From assembly GCF_009914755.1 (NCBI RefSeq), contig NC_060934.1: a DNA stretch of 64,000 nucleotides; one strand, 5' to 3'. This DNA is from the human T2T-CHM13v2.0 reference genome, Homo sapiens. This document shows positions 1 through 11,400 of the stretch, in pieces. Every line of letters starts with the position of its first letter. Positions within the stretch are counted from its first letter, which is position 1. The notes beneath the pieces were generated by a model. The model was not told the DNA's origin. It ran no database searches and was given only the letters and a program-made list of their open reading frames with translations. The translations under genes were made by a program, and so were the position numbers.

Positions 1-71
1 CTTTTCATAGAGCAGTTTGGAAACACTCTGTTTGTAAAGCCTGCAAGTGCTTTTTTGGACTTCATTGAGGC

Positions 72-88
72 CTTCGTTGGAAACGGGA
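72..88 (+). promoter_or_regulatory. CENP-B box, canonical CTTCGTTGGAAACGGGA (representative; about 189 box positions in window, one per dimer)
   Basis: Exact match to the 17-bp CENP-B binding consensus. The count is 28x4 + 25x3 + 2 flanking positions. Confidence 0.97.
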
Positions 89-411
89 TTTCTTCATATA
101 ATGCTAGACAGAAGAATTCTCAGTCACTTCTTTGTGTTGTGTGTATTCAAGTCACAGAGTTGAACCTTCCTTTAGACAGAGCAGTTTTGAAAAATTCTTT
201 CTGTGTAATTTGCAAGTGGAGATTTCAAGCGATTTGAGGCTAATCTTTGAAATGGAAATATCTTCGTGTAAAAACTACACAGAATCATTCTCAGAAACTG
301 CTTTGTCATCTGTGCGTTCAGTTCACAGAGTTTCACCTTTCTCTTCATAGAGCAGTTTGGAAAGACTCTGTCTGTAAAGTCTGCAAGTGATTAGTTAGAC
401 CCCTTTGAGGC

Positions 412-428
412 CTTCGTTGGAAGCGGGA
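412..428 (+). promoter_or_regulatory. CENP-B box variant CTTCGTTGGAAGCGGGA (one per HOR unit)
   Basis: Retains all essential positions of nTTCGnnnnAnnCGGGn. Confidence 0.93.
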
Positions 429-750
429 TTTCTCATTTACTGCTAGACAGAAGAATTCTCAGTAAATCCTTTGTGTTGTGTGTATTCAACTCACAGAGTG
501 GAACCTTCCTTTATTCAGAGCAGTTTTGAAACACTCTTTTTGTGGAATTTGCAAGTGGAGATTTCAAGCGATTTGACGCCAATCTTAGACATGGAAATAT
601 CTTCATATTAAAAGTACACAGAGTCATTCGTAGAAACTAGTTTGTGATGTGTGCCTTCAACTCACAGAGTTTAACCTTTCTTTTCATAGAGCAGTTGGGA
701 AACACTCTATTTGTAAAGTCTGCAAGTGGATATTTGGACCTCTTTGAGGC

Positions 751-767
751 CTTCGTTGGAAACGGGA
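751..767 (+). promoter_or_regulatory. CENP-B box, canonical
   Basis: CTTCGTTGGAAACGGGA, 339 bp after the previous box. Confidence 0.95.
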
Positions 768-1088
768 TTTCTTCATATAACGCTAGACAGAAGAATTCTC
801 AGTAACTTCTTTGTGTTGTGTGTATTCAACTCACAGAGTTGAACCTTTCTTTTGAGGGAGCAGAGGTGAAACACTCTTTTTGTGGAATTTGCTAGTGTAG
901 ATTTCAAACGCTTCGAAGACAGTGATAGAAAAGGATATATCTTCGTATTAAAAGTAGACAAAATCATTCTCAGAAAACTCTTTGTGATGTGTGTGTTCAA
1001 CTCACAGAGTTTAACCTTTCTTTAATCGAGCAGTTTGGAAATACACTCTTTGTAAGTCTGCAGGTGGATATTTGGCCCTCTTTGAGCC

Positions 1089-1105
1089 CTTCGTTGGAAA
1101 CGGGA
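1089..1105 (+). promoter_or_regulatory. CENP-B box, canonical, in the 8-mer-specific dimer
   Basis: CTTCGTTGGAAACGGGA preceded by TTGAGCC rather than TTGAGGC. It is absent from 6-mer units. Confidence 0.95.
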
Positions 1106-1257
1106 TTTCCTCATATAATGCTAGACAGAAGAATTCTCAGTAACTTCTTTGTGTTGTTTGTATTCAACACACAGATTTGAACCTTCCTTTAGAGAGAGCA
1201 GATTTGAAACACTCTGTTTTTGGAATTTGCAAGTGCAGATTTCAAGCGCTTCTAGGC

Positions 1258-1274
1258 CTATGGCAGAAAAGGAA
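1258..1274 (+). promoter_or_regulatory. A-box / pJalpha-like motif of an A-type monomer (representative)
   Basis: CTATGGCAGAAAAGGAA occupies the CENP-B-box-equivalent position in the alternate monomer. It resembles the pJalpha motif with mismatches, and binding cannot be inferred from sequence. Confidence 0.55.
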
Positions 1275-1470
1275 ATATCTTCGTATAAAAACTACACAGA
1301 ATCATTCTCAACAACTACTTTGTGATGTGTGCGTTCAACTCACAGAGTTTAACCTTTCTTTTCATAGAGCAGTTTGGAAACACTCTGTTTGTAAAGCCTG
1401 CAAGTGCTTTTTTGGACTTCATTGAGGCCTTCGTTGGAAACGGGATTTCTTCATATAATGCTAGACAGAA

Positions 1471-2489
1471 GAATTCTCAGTCACTTCTTTGTGTTGTGTG
1501 TATTCAAGTCACAGAGTTGAACCTTCCTTTAGACAGAGCAGTTTTGAAAAATTCTTTCTGTGGAGTTTGCAAGTGGAGATTTCAAGCGATTTGAGGCTAA
1601 TCTTTGAAATGGAAATATCTTCGTGTAAAAACTACACAGAATCATTCTCAGAAACTGCTTTGTCATCTGTGCGTTCAGTTCACAGAGTTTCACCTTTCTC
1701 TTCATAGAGCAGTTTGGAAAGACTCTGTCTGTAAAGTCTGCAAGTGATTAGTTAGACCCCTTTGAGGCCTTCGTTGGAAGCGGGATTTCTCATTTACTGC
1801 TAGACAGAAGAATTCTCAGTAAATCCTTTGTGTTGTGTGTATTCAACTCACAGAGTGGAACCTTCCTTTATTCAGAGCAGTTTTGAAAAACACTTTTTGT
1901 GGAATTTGCAAGTGGAGATTTCAAGCGATTTGACGCCAATCTTAGACATGGAAATATCTTCATATTAAAAGTACACAGAGTCATTCGTAGAAACTAGTTT
2001 GTGATGTGTGCCTTCAACTCACAGAGTTTAACCTTTCTTTTCATAGAGCAGTTTGGAAACACTCTATTTGTAAAGTCTGCAAGTGGATATTTGGACCTCT
2101 TTGAGGCCTTCGTTGGAAACGGGATTTCTTCATACAACGCTAGACAGAAGAATTCTCAGTAACTTCTTTGTGTTGTGTGTATTCAACTCACAGAGTTGAA
2201 CCTTTCTTTAGAGAGAGCAGAGTTGAAACACTCTGTTTTTGGAATTTGCAACTGCAGATTTCAAGCGATTCTAGGCCTATGGCAGAAAAGGAAATATCTT
2301 CGTATAAAAACTACACAGAATCATTCTCAACAACTACTTTGTGATGTGTGCGTTCAACTCACAGAGTTTAACCTTTCTTTTCATAGAGCAGTTTGGAAAC
2401 ACTCTGTTTGTAAAGCCTGCAAGTGCTTTTTTGGACTTCATTGAGGCCTTCGTTGGAAACGGGATTTCTTCATATAATGCTAGACAGAA
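1471..2489 (+). repeat. 6-monomer HOR variant, 1019 bp (first full copy; 25 copies in window)
   Basis: Anchor spacing is 1019 bp (1489 to 2508), equal to 1357 minus 338. It lacks the CGAAGACAGTG/TAATCGAG dimer and contains a hybrid monomer near 2150-2320. Confidence 0.97.
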
Positions 2490-5400
2490 GAATTCTCAGT
2501 CACTTCTTTGTGTTGTGTGTATTCAAGTCACAGAGTTGAACCTTCCTTTAGACAGAGCAGTTTTGAAAAATTCTTTCTGTGTAATTTGCAAGTGGAGATT
2601 TCAAGCGATTTGAGGCTAATCTTTGAAATGGAAATATCTTCGTGTAAAAACTACACAGAATCATTCTCAGAAACTGCTTTGTCATCTGTGCGTTCAGTTC
2701 ACAGAGTTTCACCTTTCTCTTCATAGAGCAGTTTGGAAAGACTCTGTCTGTAAAGTCTGCAAGTGATTAGTTAGACCCCTTTGAGGCCTTCGTTGGAAGC
2801 GGGATTTCTCATTTACTGCTAGACAGAAGAATTCTCAGTAAATCCTTTGTGTTGTGTGTATTCAACTCACAGAGTGGAACCTTCCTTTATTCAGAGCAGT
2901 TTTGAAACACTCTTTTTGTGGAATTTGCAAGTGGAGATTTCAAGCGATTTGACGCCAATCTTAGACATGGAAATATCTTCATATTAAAAGTACACAGAGT
3001 CATTCGTAGAAACTAGTTTGTGATGTGTGCCTTCAACTCACAGAGTTTAACCTTTCTTTTCATAGAGCAGTTGGGAAACACTCTATTTGTAAAGTCTGCA
3101 AGTGGATATTTGGACCTCTTTGAGGCCTTCGTTGGAAACGGGATTTCTTCATATAACGCTAGACAGAAGAATTCTCAGTAACTTCTTTGTGTTGTGTGTA
3201 TTCAACTCACAGAGTTGAACCTTTCTTTAGAGGGAGCAGAGGTGAAACACTCTTTTTGTGGAATTTGCTAGTGTAGATTTCAAACGCTTCGAAGACAGTG
3301 ATAGAAAAGGATATATCTTCGTATTAAAAGTAGACAAAATCATTCTCAGAAAACTCTTTGTGATGTGTGTGTTCAACTCACAGAGTTTAACCTTTCTTTA
3401 ATCGAGCAGTTTGGAAATACACTCTTTGTAAGTCTGCAGGTGGATATTTGGCCCTCTTTGAGCCCTTCGTTGGAAACGGGATTTCCTCATATAATGCTAG
3501 ACAGAAGAATTCTCAGTAACTTCTTTGTGTTGTTTGTATTCAACACACAGATTTGAACCTTCCTTTAGAGAGAGCAGATTTGAAACACTCTGTTTTTGGA
3601 ATTTGCAAGTGCAGATTTCAAGCGCTTCTAGGCCTATGGCAGAAAAGGAAATATCTTCGTATAAAAACTACACAGAATCATTCTCAACAACTACTTTGTG
3701 ATGTGTGCGTTCAACTCACAGAGTTTAACCTTTCTTTTCATAGAGCAGTTTGGAAACACTCTGTTTGTAAAGCCTGCAAGTGCTTTTTTGGACTTCATTG
3801 AGGCCTTCGTTGGAAACGGGATTTCTTCATATAATGCTAGACAGAAGAATTCTCAGTCACTTCTTTGTGTTGTGTGTATTCAAGTCACAGAGTTGAGCCT
3901 TCCTTTAGACAGAGCAGTTTTGAAAAATTCTTTCTGTGGAGTTTGCAAGTGGAGATTTCAAGCGATTTGAGGCTAATCTTTGAAATGGAAATATCTTCGT
4001 GTAAAAACTACACAGAATCATTCTCAGAAACTGCTTTGTCATCTGTGCGTTCAGTTCACAGAGTTTCACCTTTCTCTTCATAGAGCAGTTTGGAAAGACT
4101 CTGTCTGTAAAGTCTGCAAGTGATTAGTTAGACCCCTTTGAGGCCTTCGTTGGAAGCGGGATTTCTCATTTACTGCTAGACAGAAGAATTCTCAGTAAAT
4201 CCTTTGTGTTGTGTGTATTCAACTCACAGAGTGGAACCTTCCTTTATTCAGAGCAGTTTTGATAAACACTTTTTGTGGAATTTGCAAGTGGAGATTTCAA
4301 GCGATTTGACGCCAATCTTAGACATGGAAATATCTTCATATTAAAAGTACACAGAGTCATTCGTAGAAACTAGTTTGTGATGTGTGCCTTCAACTCACAG
4401 AGTTTAACCTTTCTTTTCATAGAGCAGTTTGGAAACACTCTATTTGTAAAGTCTGCAAGTGGATATTTGGACCTCTTTGAGGCCTTCGTTGGAAACGGGA
4501 TTTCTTCATACAACGCTAGACAGAAGAATTCTCAGTAACTTCTTTGTGTTGTGTGTATTCAACTCACAGAGTTGAACCTTTCTTTAGAGAGAGCAGAGTT
4601 GAAACACTCTGTTTTTGGAATTTGCAACTGCAGATTTCAAGCGATTCTAGGCCTATGGCAGAAAAGGAAATATCTTCGTATAAAAACTACACAGAATCAT
4701 TCTCAACAACTACTTTGTGATGTGTGCGTTCAACTCACAGAGTTTAACCTTTCTTTTCATAGAGCAGTTTGGAAACACTCTGTTTGTAAAGCCTGCAAGT
4801 GCTTTTTTGGACTTCATTGAGGCCTTCGTTGGAAACGGGATTTCTTCATATAATGCTAGACAGAAGAATTCTCAGTCACTTCTTTGTGTTGTGTGTATTC
4901 AAGTCACAGAGTTGAACCTTCCTTTAGACAGAGCAGTTTTGAAAAATTCTTTCTGTGTAATTTGCAAGTGGAGATTTCAAGCGATTTGAGGCTAATCTTT
5001 GAAATGGAAATATCTTCGTGTAAAAACTACACAGAATCATTCTCAGAAACTGCTTTGTCATCTGTGCGTTCAGTTCACAGAGTTTCACCTTTCTCTTCAT
5101 AGAGCAGTTTGGAAAGACTCTGTCTGTAAAGTCTGCAAGTGATTAGTTAGACCCCTTTGAGGCCTTCGTTGGAAGCGGGATTTCTCATTTACTGCTAGAC
5201 AGAAGAATTCTCAGTAAATCCTTTGTGTTGTGTGTATTCAACTCACAGAGTGGAACCTTCCTTTATTCAGAGCAGTTTTGAAACACTCTTTTTGTGGAAT
5301 TTGCAAGTGGAGATTTCAAGCGATTTGACGCCAATCTTAGACATGGAAATATCTTCATATTAAAAGTACACAGAGTCATTCGTAGAAACTAGTTTGTGAT

Positions 5401-8400
5401 GTGTGCCTTCAACTCACAGAGTTTAACCTTTCTTTTCATAGAGCAGTTGGGAAACACTCTATTTGTAAAGTCTGCAAGTGGATATTTGGACCTCTTTGAG
5501 GCCTTCGTTGGAAACGGGATTTCTTCATATAACGCTAGACAGAAGAATTCTCAGTAACTTCTTTGTGTTGTGTGTATTCAACTCACAGAGTTGAACCTTT
5601 CTTTAGAGGGAGCAGAGGTGAAACACTCTTTTTGTGGAATTTGCTAGTGTAGATTTCAAACGCTTCGAAGACAGTGATAGAAAAGGATATATCTTCGTAT
5701 TAAAAGTAGACAAAATCATTCTCAGAAAACTCTTTGTGATGTGTGTGTTCAACTCACAGAGTTTAACCTTTCTTTAATCGAGCAGTTTGGAAATACACTC
5801 TTTGTAAGTCTGCAGGTGGATATTTGGCCCTCTTTGAGCCCTTTGTTGGAAACGGGATTTCCTCATATAATGCTAGACAGAAGAATTCTCAGTAACTTCT
5901 TTGTGTTGTTTGTATTCAACACACAGATTTGAACCTTCATTTAGAGAGAGCAGATTTGAAACACTCTGTTTTTGGAATTTGCAAGTGCAGATTTCAAGCG
6001 CTTCTAGGCCTATGGCAGAAAAGGAAATATCTTCGTATAAAAACTACACAGAATCATTCTCAACAACTACTTTGTGATGTGTGCGTTCAACTCACAGAGT
6101 TTAACCTTTCTTTTCATAGAGCAGTTTGGAAACACTCTGTTTGTAAAGCCTGCAAGTGCTTTTTTGGACTTCATTGAGGCCTTCGTTGGAAACGGGATTT
6201 CTTCATATAATGCTAGACAGAAGAATTCTCAGTCACTTCTTTGTGTTGTGTGTATTCAAGTCACAGAGTTGAACCTTCCTTTAGACAGAGCAGTTTTGAA
6301 AAATTCTTTCTGTGGAGTTTGCAAGTGGAGATTTCAAGCGATTTGAGGCTAATCATTGAAATGGAAATATCTTCGTGTAAAAACTACACAGAATCATTCT
6401 CAGAAACTGCTTTGTCATCTGTGCGTTCAGTTCACAGAGTTTCACCTTTCTCTTCATAGAGCAGTTTGGAAAGACTCTGTCTGTAAAGTCTGCAAGTGAT
6501 TAGTTAGACCCCTTTGAGGCCTTCGTTGGAAGCGGGATTTCTCATTTACTGCTAGACAGAAGAATTCTCAGTAAATCCTTTGTGTTGTGTGTATTCAACT
6601 CACAGAGTGGAACCTTCCTTTATTCAGAGCAGTTTTGAAACACTCTTTTTGTGGAATTTGCAAGTGGAGATTTCAAGCGATTTGACGCCAATCTTAGACA
6701 TGGAAATATCTTCATATTAAAAGTACACAGAGTCATTCGTAGAAACTAGTTTGTGATGTGTGCCTTCAACTCACAGAGTTTAACCTTTCTTTTCATAGAG
6801 CAGTTGGGAAACACTCTATTTGTAAAGTCTGCAAGTGGATATTTGGACCTCTTTGAGGCCTTCGTTGGAAACGGGATTTCTTCATATAACGCTAGACAGA
6901 AGAATTCTCAGTAACTTCTTTGTGTTGTGTGTATTCAACTCACAGAGTTGAACCTTTCTTTAGAGGGAGCAGAGGTGAAACACTCTTTTTGTGGAATTTG
7001 CTAGTGTAGATTTCAAACGCTTCGAAGACAGTGATAGAAAAGGATATATCTTCGTATTAAAAGTAGACAAAATCATTCTCAGAAAACTCTTTGTGATGTG
7101 TGTGTTCAACTCACAGAGTTTAACCTTTCTTTAATCGAGCAGTTTGGAAATACACTCTTTGTAAGTCTGCAGGTGGATATTTGGCCCTCTTTGAGCCCTT
7201 CGTTGGAAACGGGATTTCCTCATATAATGCTAGACAGAAGAATTCTCAGTAACTTCTTTGTGTTGTTTGTATTCAACACACAGATTTGAACCTTCCTTTA
7301 GAGAGAGCAGATTTGAAACACTCTGTTTTTGGAATTTGCAAGTGCAGATTTCAAGCGCTTCTAGGCCTATGGCAGAAAAGGAAATATCTTCGTATAAAAA
7401 CTACACAGAATCATTCTCAACAACTACTTTGTGATGTGTGCGTTCAACTCACAGAGTTTAACCTTTCTTTTCATAGAGCAGTTTGGAAACACTGTGTTTG
7501 TAAAGCCTGCAAGTGCTTTTTTGGACTTCATTGAGGCCTTCGTTGGAAACGGGATTTCTTCATATAATGCTAGACAGAAGAATTCTCAGTCACTTCTTTG
7601 TGTTGTGTGTATTCAAGTCACAGAGTTGAGCCTTCCTTTAGACAGAGCAGTTTTGAAAAATTCTTTCTGTGGAGTTTGCAAGTGGAGATTTCAAGCGATT
7701 TGAGGCTAATCTTTGAAATGGAAATATCTTCGTGTAAAAACTACACAGAATCATTCTCAGAAACTGCTTTGTCATCTGTGCGTTCAGTTCACAGAGTTTC
7801 ACCTTTCTCTTCATAGAGCAGTTTGGAAAGACTCTGTCTGTAAAGTCTGCAAGTGATTAGTTAGACCCCTTTGAGGCCTTCGTTGGAAGCGGGATTTCTC
7901 ATTTACTGCTAGACAGAAGAATTCTCAGTAAATCCTTTGTGTTGTGTGTATTCAACTCACAGAGTGGAACCTTCCTTTATTCAGAGCAGTTTTGAAAAAC
8001 ACTTTTTGTGGAATTTGCAAGTGGAGATTTCAAGCGATTTGACGCCAATCTTAGACATGGAAATATCTTCATATTAAAAGTACACAGAGTCATTCGTAGA
8101 AACTAGTTTGTGATGTGTGCCTTCAACTCACAGAGTTTAACCTTTCTTTTCATAGAGCAGTTTGGAAACACTCTATTTGTAAAGTCTGCAAGTGGATATT
8201 TGGACCTCTTTGAGGCCTTCGTTGGAAACGGGATTTCTTCATACAACGCTAGACAGAAGAATTCTCAGTAACTTCTTTGTGTTGTGTGTATTCAACTCAC
8301 AGAGTTGAACCTTTCTTTAGAGAGAGCAGAGTTGAAACACTCTGTTTTTGGAATTTGCAACTGCAGATTTCAAGCGATTCTAGGCCTATGGCAGAAAAGG

Positions 8401-11400
8401 AAATATCTTCGTATAAAAACTACACAGAATCATTCTCAACAACTACTTTGTGATGTGTGCGTTCAACTCACAGAGTTTAACCTTTCTTTTCATAGAGCAG
8501 TTTGGAAACACTCTGTTTGTAAAGCCTGCAAGTGCTTTTTTGGACTTCATTGAGGCCTTCGTTGGAAACGGGATTTCTTCATATAATGCTAGACAGAAGA
8601 ATTCTCAGTCACTTCTTTGTGTTGTGTGTATTCAAGTCACAGAGTTGAACCTTCCTTTAGACAGAGCAGTTTTGAAAAATTCTTTCTGTGTAATTTGCAA
8701 GTGGAGATTTCAAGCGATTTGAGGCTAATCTTTGAAATGGAAATATCTTCGTGTAAAAACTACACAGAATCATTCTCAGAAACTGCTTTGTCATCTGTGC
8801 GTTCAGTTCACAGAGTTTCACCTTTCTCTTCATAGAGCAGTTTGGAAAGACTCTGTCTGTAAAGTCTGCAAGTGATTAGTTAGACCCCTTTGAGGCCTTC
8901 GTTGGAAGCGGGATTTCTCATTTACTGCTAGACAGAAGAATTCTCAGTAAATCCTTTGTGTTGTGTGTATTCAACTCACAGAGTGGAACCTTCCTTTATT
9001 CAGAGCAGTTTTGAAACACTCTTTTTGTGGAATTTGCAAGTGGAGATTTCAAGCGATTTGACGCCAATCTTAGACATGGAAATATCTTCATATTAAAAGT
9101 ACACAGAGTCATTCGTAGAAACTAGTTTGTGATGTGTGCCTTCAACTCACAGAGTTTAACCTTTCTTTTCATAGAGCAGTTGGGAAACACTCTATTTGTA
9201 AAGTCTGCAAGTGGATATTTGGACCTCTTTGAGGCCTTCGTTGGAAACGGGATTTCTTCATATAACGCTAGACAGAAGAATTCTCAGTAACTTCTTTGTG
9301 TTGTGTGTATTCAACTCACAGAGTTGAACCTTTCTTTTGAGGGAGCAGAGGTGAAACACTCTTTTTGTGGAATTTGCTAGTGTAGATTTCAAACGCTTCG
9401 AAGACAGTGATAGAAAAGGATATATCTTCGTATTAAAAGTAGACAAAATCATTCTCAGAAAACTCTTTGTGATGTGTGTGTTCAACTCACAGAGTTTAAC
9501 CTTTCTTTAATCGAGCAGTTTGGAAATACACTCTTTGTAAGTCTGCAGGTGGATATTTGGCCCTCTTTGAGCCCTTCGTTGGAAACGGGATTTCCTCATA
9601 TAATGCTAGACAGAAGAATTCTCAGTAACTTCTTTGTGTTGTTTGTATTCAACACACAGATTTGAACCTTCCTTTAGAGAGAGCAGATTTGAAACACTCT
9701 GTTTTTGGAATTTGCAAGTGCAGATTTCAAGCGCTTCTAGGCCTATGGCAGAAAAGGAAATATCTTCGTATAAAAACTACACAGAATCATTCTCAACAAC
9801 TACTTTGTGATGTGTGCGTTCAACTCACAGAGTTTAACCTTTCTTTTCATAGAGCAGTTTGGAAACACTCTGTTTGTAAAGCCTGCAAGTGCTTTTTTGG
9901 ACTTCATTGAGGCCTTCGTTGGAAACGGGATTTCTTCATATAATGCTAGACAGAAGAATTCTCAGTCACTTCTTTGTGTTGTGTGTATTCAAGTCACAGA
10001 GTTGAACCTTCCTTTAGACAGAGCAGTTTTGAAAAATTCTTTCTGTGGAGTTTGCAAGTGGAGATTTCAAGCGATTTGAGGCTAATCTTTGAAATGGAAA
10101 TATCTTCGTGTAAAAACTACACAGAATCATTCTCAGAAACTGCTTTGTCATCTGTGCGTTCAGTTCACAGAGTTTCACCTTTCTCTTCATAGAGCAGTTT
10201 GGAAAGACTCTGTCTGTAAAGTCTGCAAGTGATTAGTTAGACCCCTTTGAGGCCTTCGTTGGAAGTGGGATTTCTCATTTACTGCTAGACAGAAGAATTC
10301 TCAGTAAATCCTTTGTGTTGTGTGTATTCAACTCACAGAGTGGAACCTTCCTTTATTCAGAGCAGTTTTGAAAAACACTTTTTGTGGAATTTGCAAGTGG
10401 AGATTTCAAGCGATTTGACGCCAATCTTAGACATGGAAATATCTTCATATTAAAAGTACACAGAGTCATTCGTAGAAACTAGTTTGTGATGTGTGCCTTC
10501 AACTCACAGAGTTTAACCTTTCTTTTCATAGAGCAGTTTGGAAACACTCTATTTGTAAAGTCTGCAAGTGGATATTTGGACCTCTTTGAGGCCTTCGTTG
10601 GAAACGGGATTTCTTCATACAACGCTAGACAGAAGAATTCTCAGTAACTTCTTTGTGTTGTGTGTATTCAACTCACAGAGTTGAACCTTTCTTTAGAGAG
10701 AGCAGAGTTGAAACACTCTGTTTTTGGAATTTGCAACTGCAGATTTCAAGCGATTCTAGGCCTATGGCAGAAAAGGAAATATCTTCGTATAAAAACTACA
10801 CAGAATCATTCTCAACAACTACTTTGTGATGTGTGCGTTCAACTCACAGAGTTTAACCTTTCTTTTCATAGAGCAGTTTGGAAACACTCTGTTTGTAAAG
10901 CCTGCAAGTGCTTTTTTGGACTTCATTGAGGCCTTCGTTGGAAACGGGATTTCTTCATATAATGCTAGACAGAAGAATTCTCAGTCACTTCTTTGTGTTG
11001 TGTGTATTCAAGTCACAGAGTTGAACCTTCCTTTAGACAGAGCAGTTTTGAAAAATTCTTTCTGTGTAATTTGCAAGTGGAGATTTCAAGCGATTTGAGG
11101 CTAATCTTTGAAATGGAAATATCTTCGTGTAAAAACTACACAGAATCATTCTCAGAAACTGCTTTGTCATCTGTGCGTTCAGTTCACAGAGTTTCACCTT
11201 TCTCTTCATAGAGCAGTTTGGAAAGACTCTGTCTGTAAAGTCTGCAAGTGATTAGTTAGACCCCTTTGAGGCCTTCGTTGGAAGCGGGATTTCTCATTTA
11301 CTGCTAGACAGAAGAATTCTCAGTAAATCCTTTGTGTTGTGTGTATTCAACTCACAGAGTGGAACCTTCCTTTATTCAGAGCAGTTTTGAAACACTCTTT

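Larger units (their letters stand above)
114..1470 (+). repeat. 8-monomer HOR unit, 1357 bp (first full copy; 28 copies in window)
   Basis: The recurring 72-aa ORF anchor is spaced 1357 bp (132 to 1489). CENP-B boxes at 72, 412, 751, 1089 and 1429 give dimers of 340/339/338/340 bp. The unit has the diagnostic CGCTTCGAAGACAGTGATAG and TTTAATCGAGCAG monomers. Confidence 0.97.
114..2489 (+). repeat. Composite 14-mer (8+6) repeat, 2376 bp, the dominant period of the window
   Basis: Unit order from the anchors is 8 6 8 6 8 8 6 8 6 8 6 8 6 8 6 8 6 8 6 6 8 6 8 6 8 6 8 8 6 8 6 8 8 6 8 6 8 6 8 6 8 6 8 8 6 8 6 8 6 8 6 8 6. Phase-linked SNVs distinguish the two halves. Confidence 0.95.

Noticed and set aside
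773-1000. Minus-strand 75-aa ORF present in only three places (773, 9258, 26903)
   Set aside because: It arises from a single A>T SNV (853/9338/26983) that removes a stop codon. It is useful only as a lineage marker.
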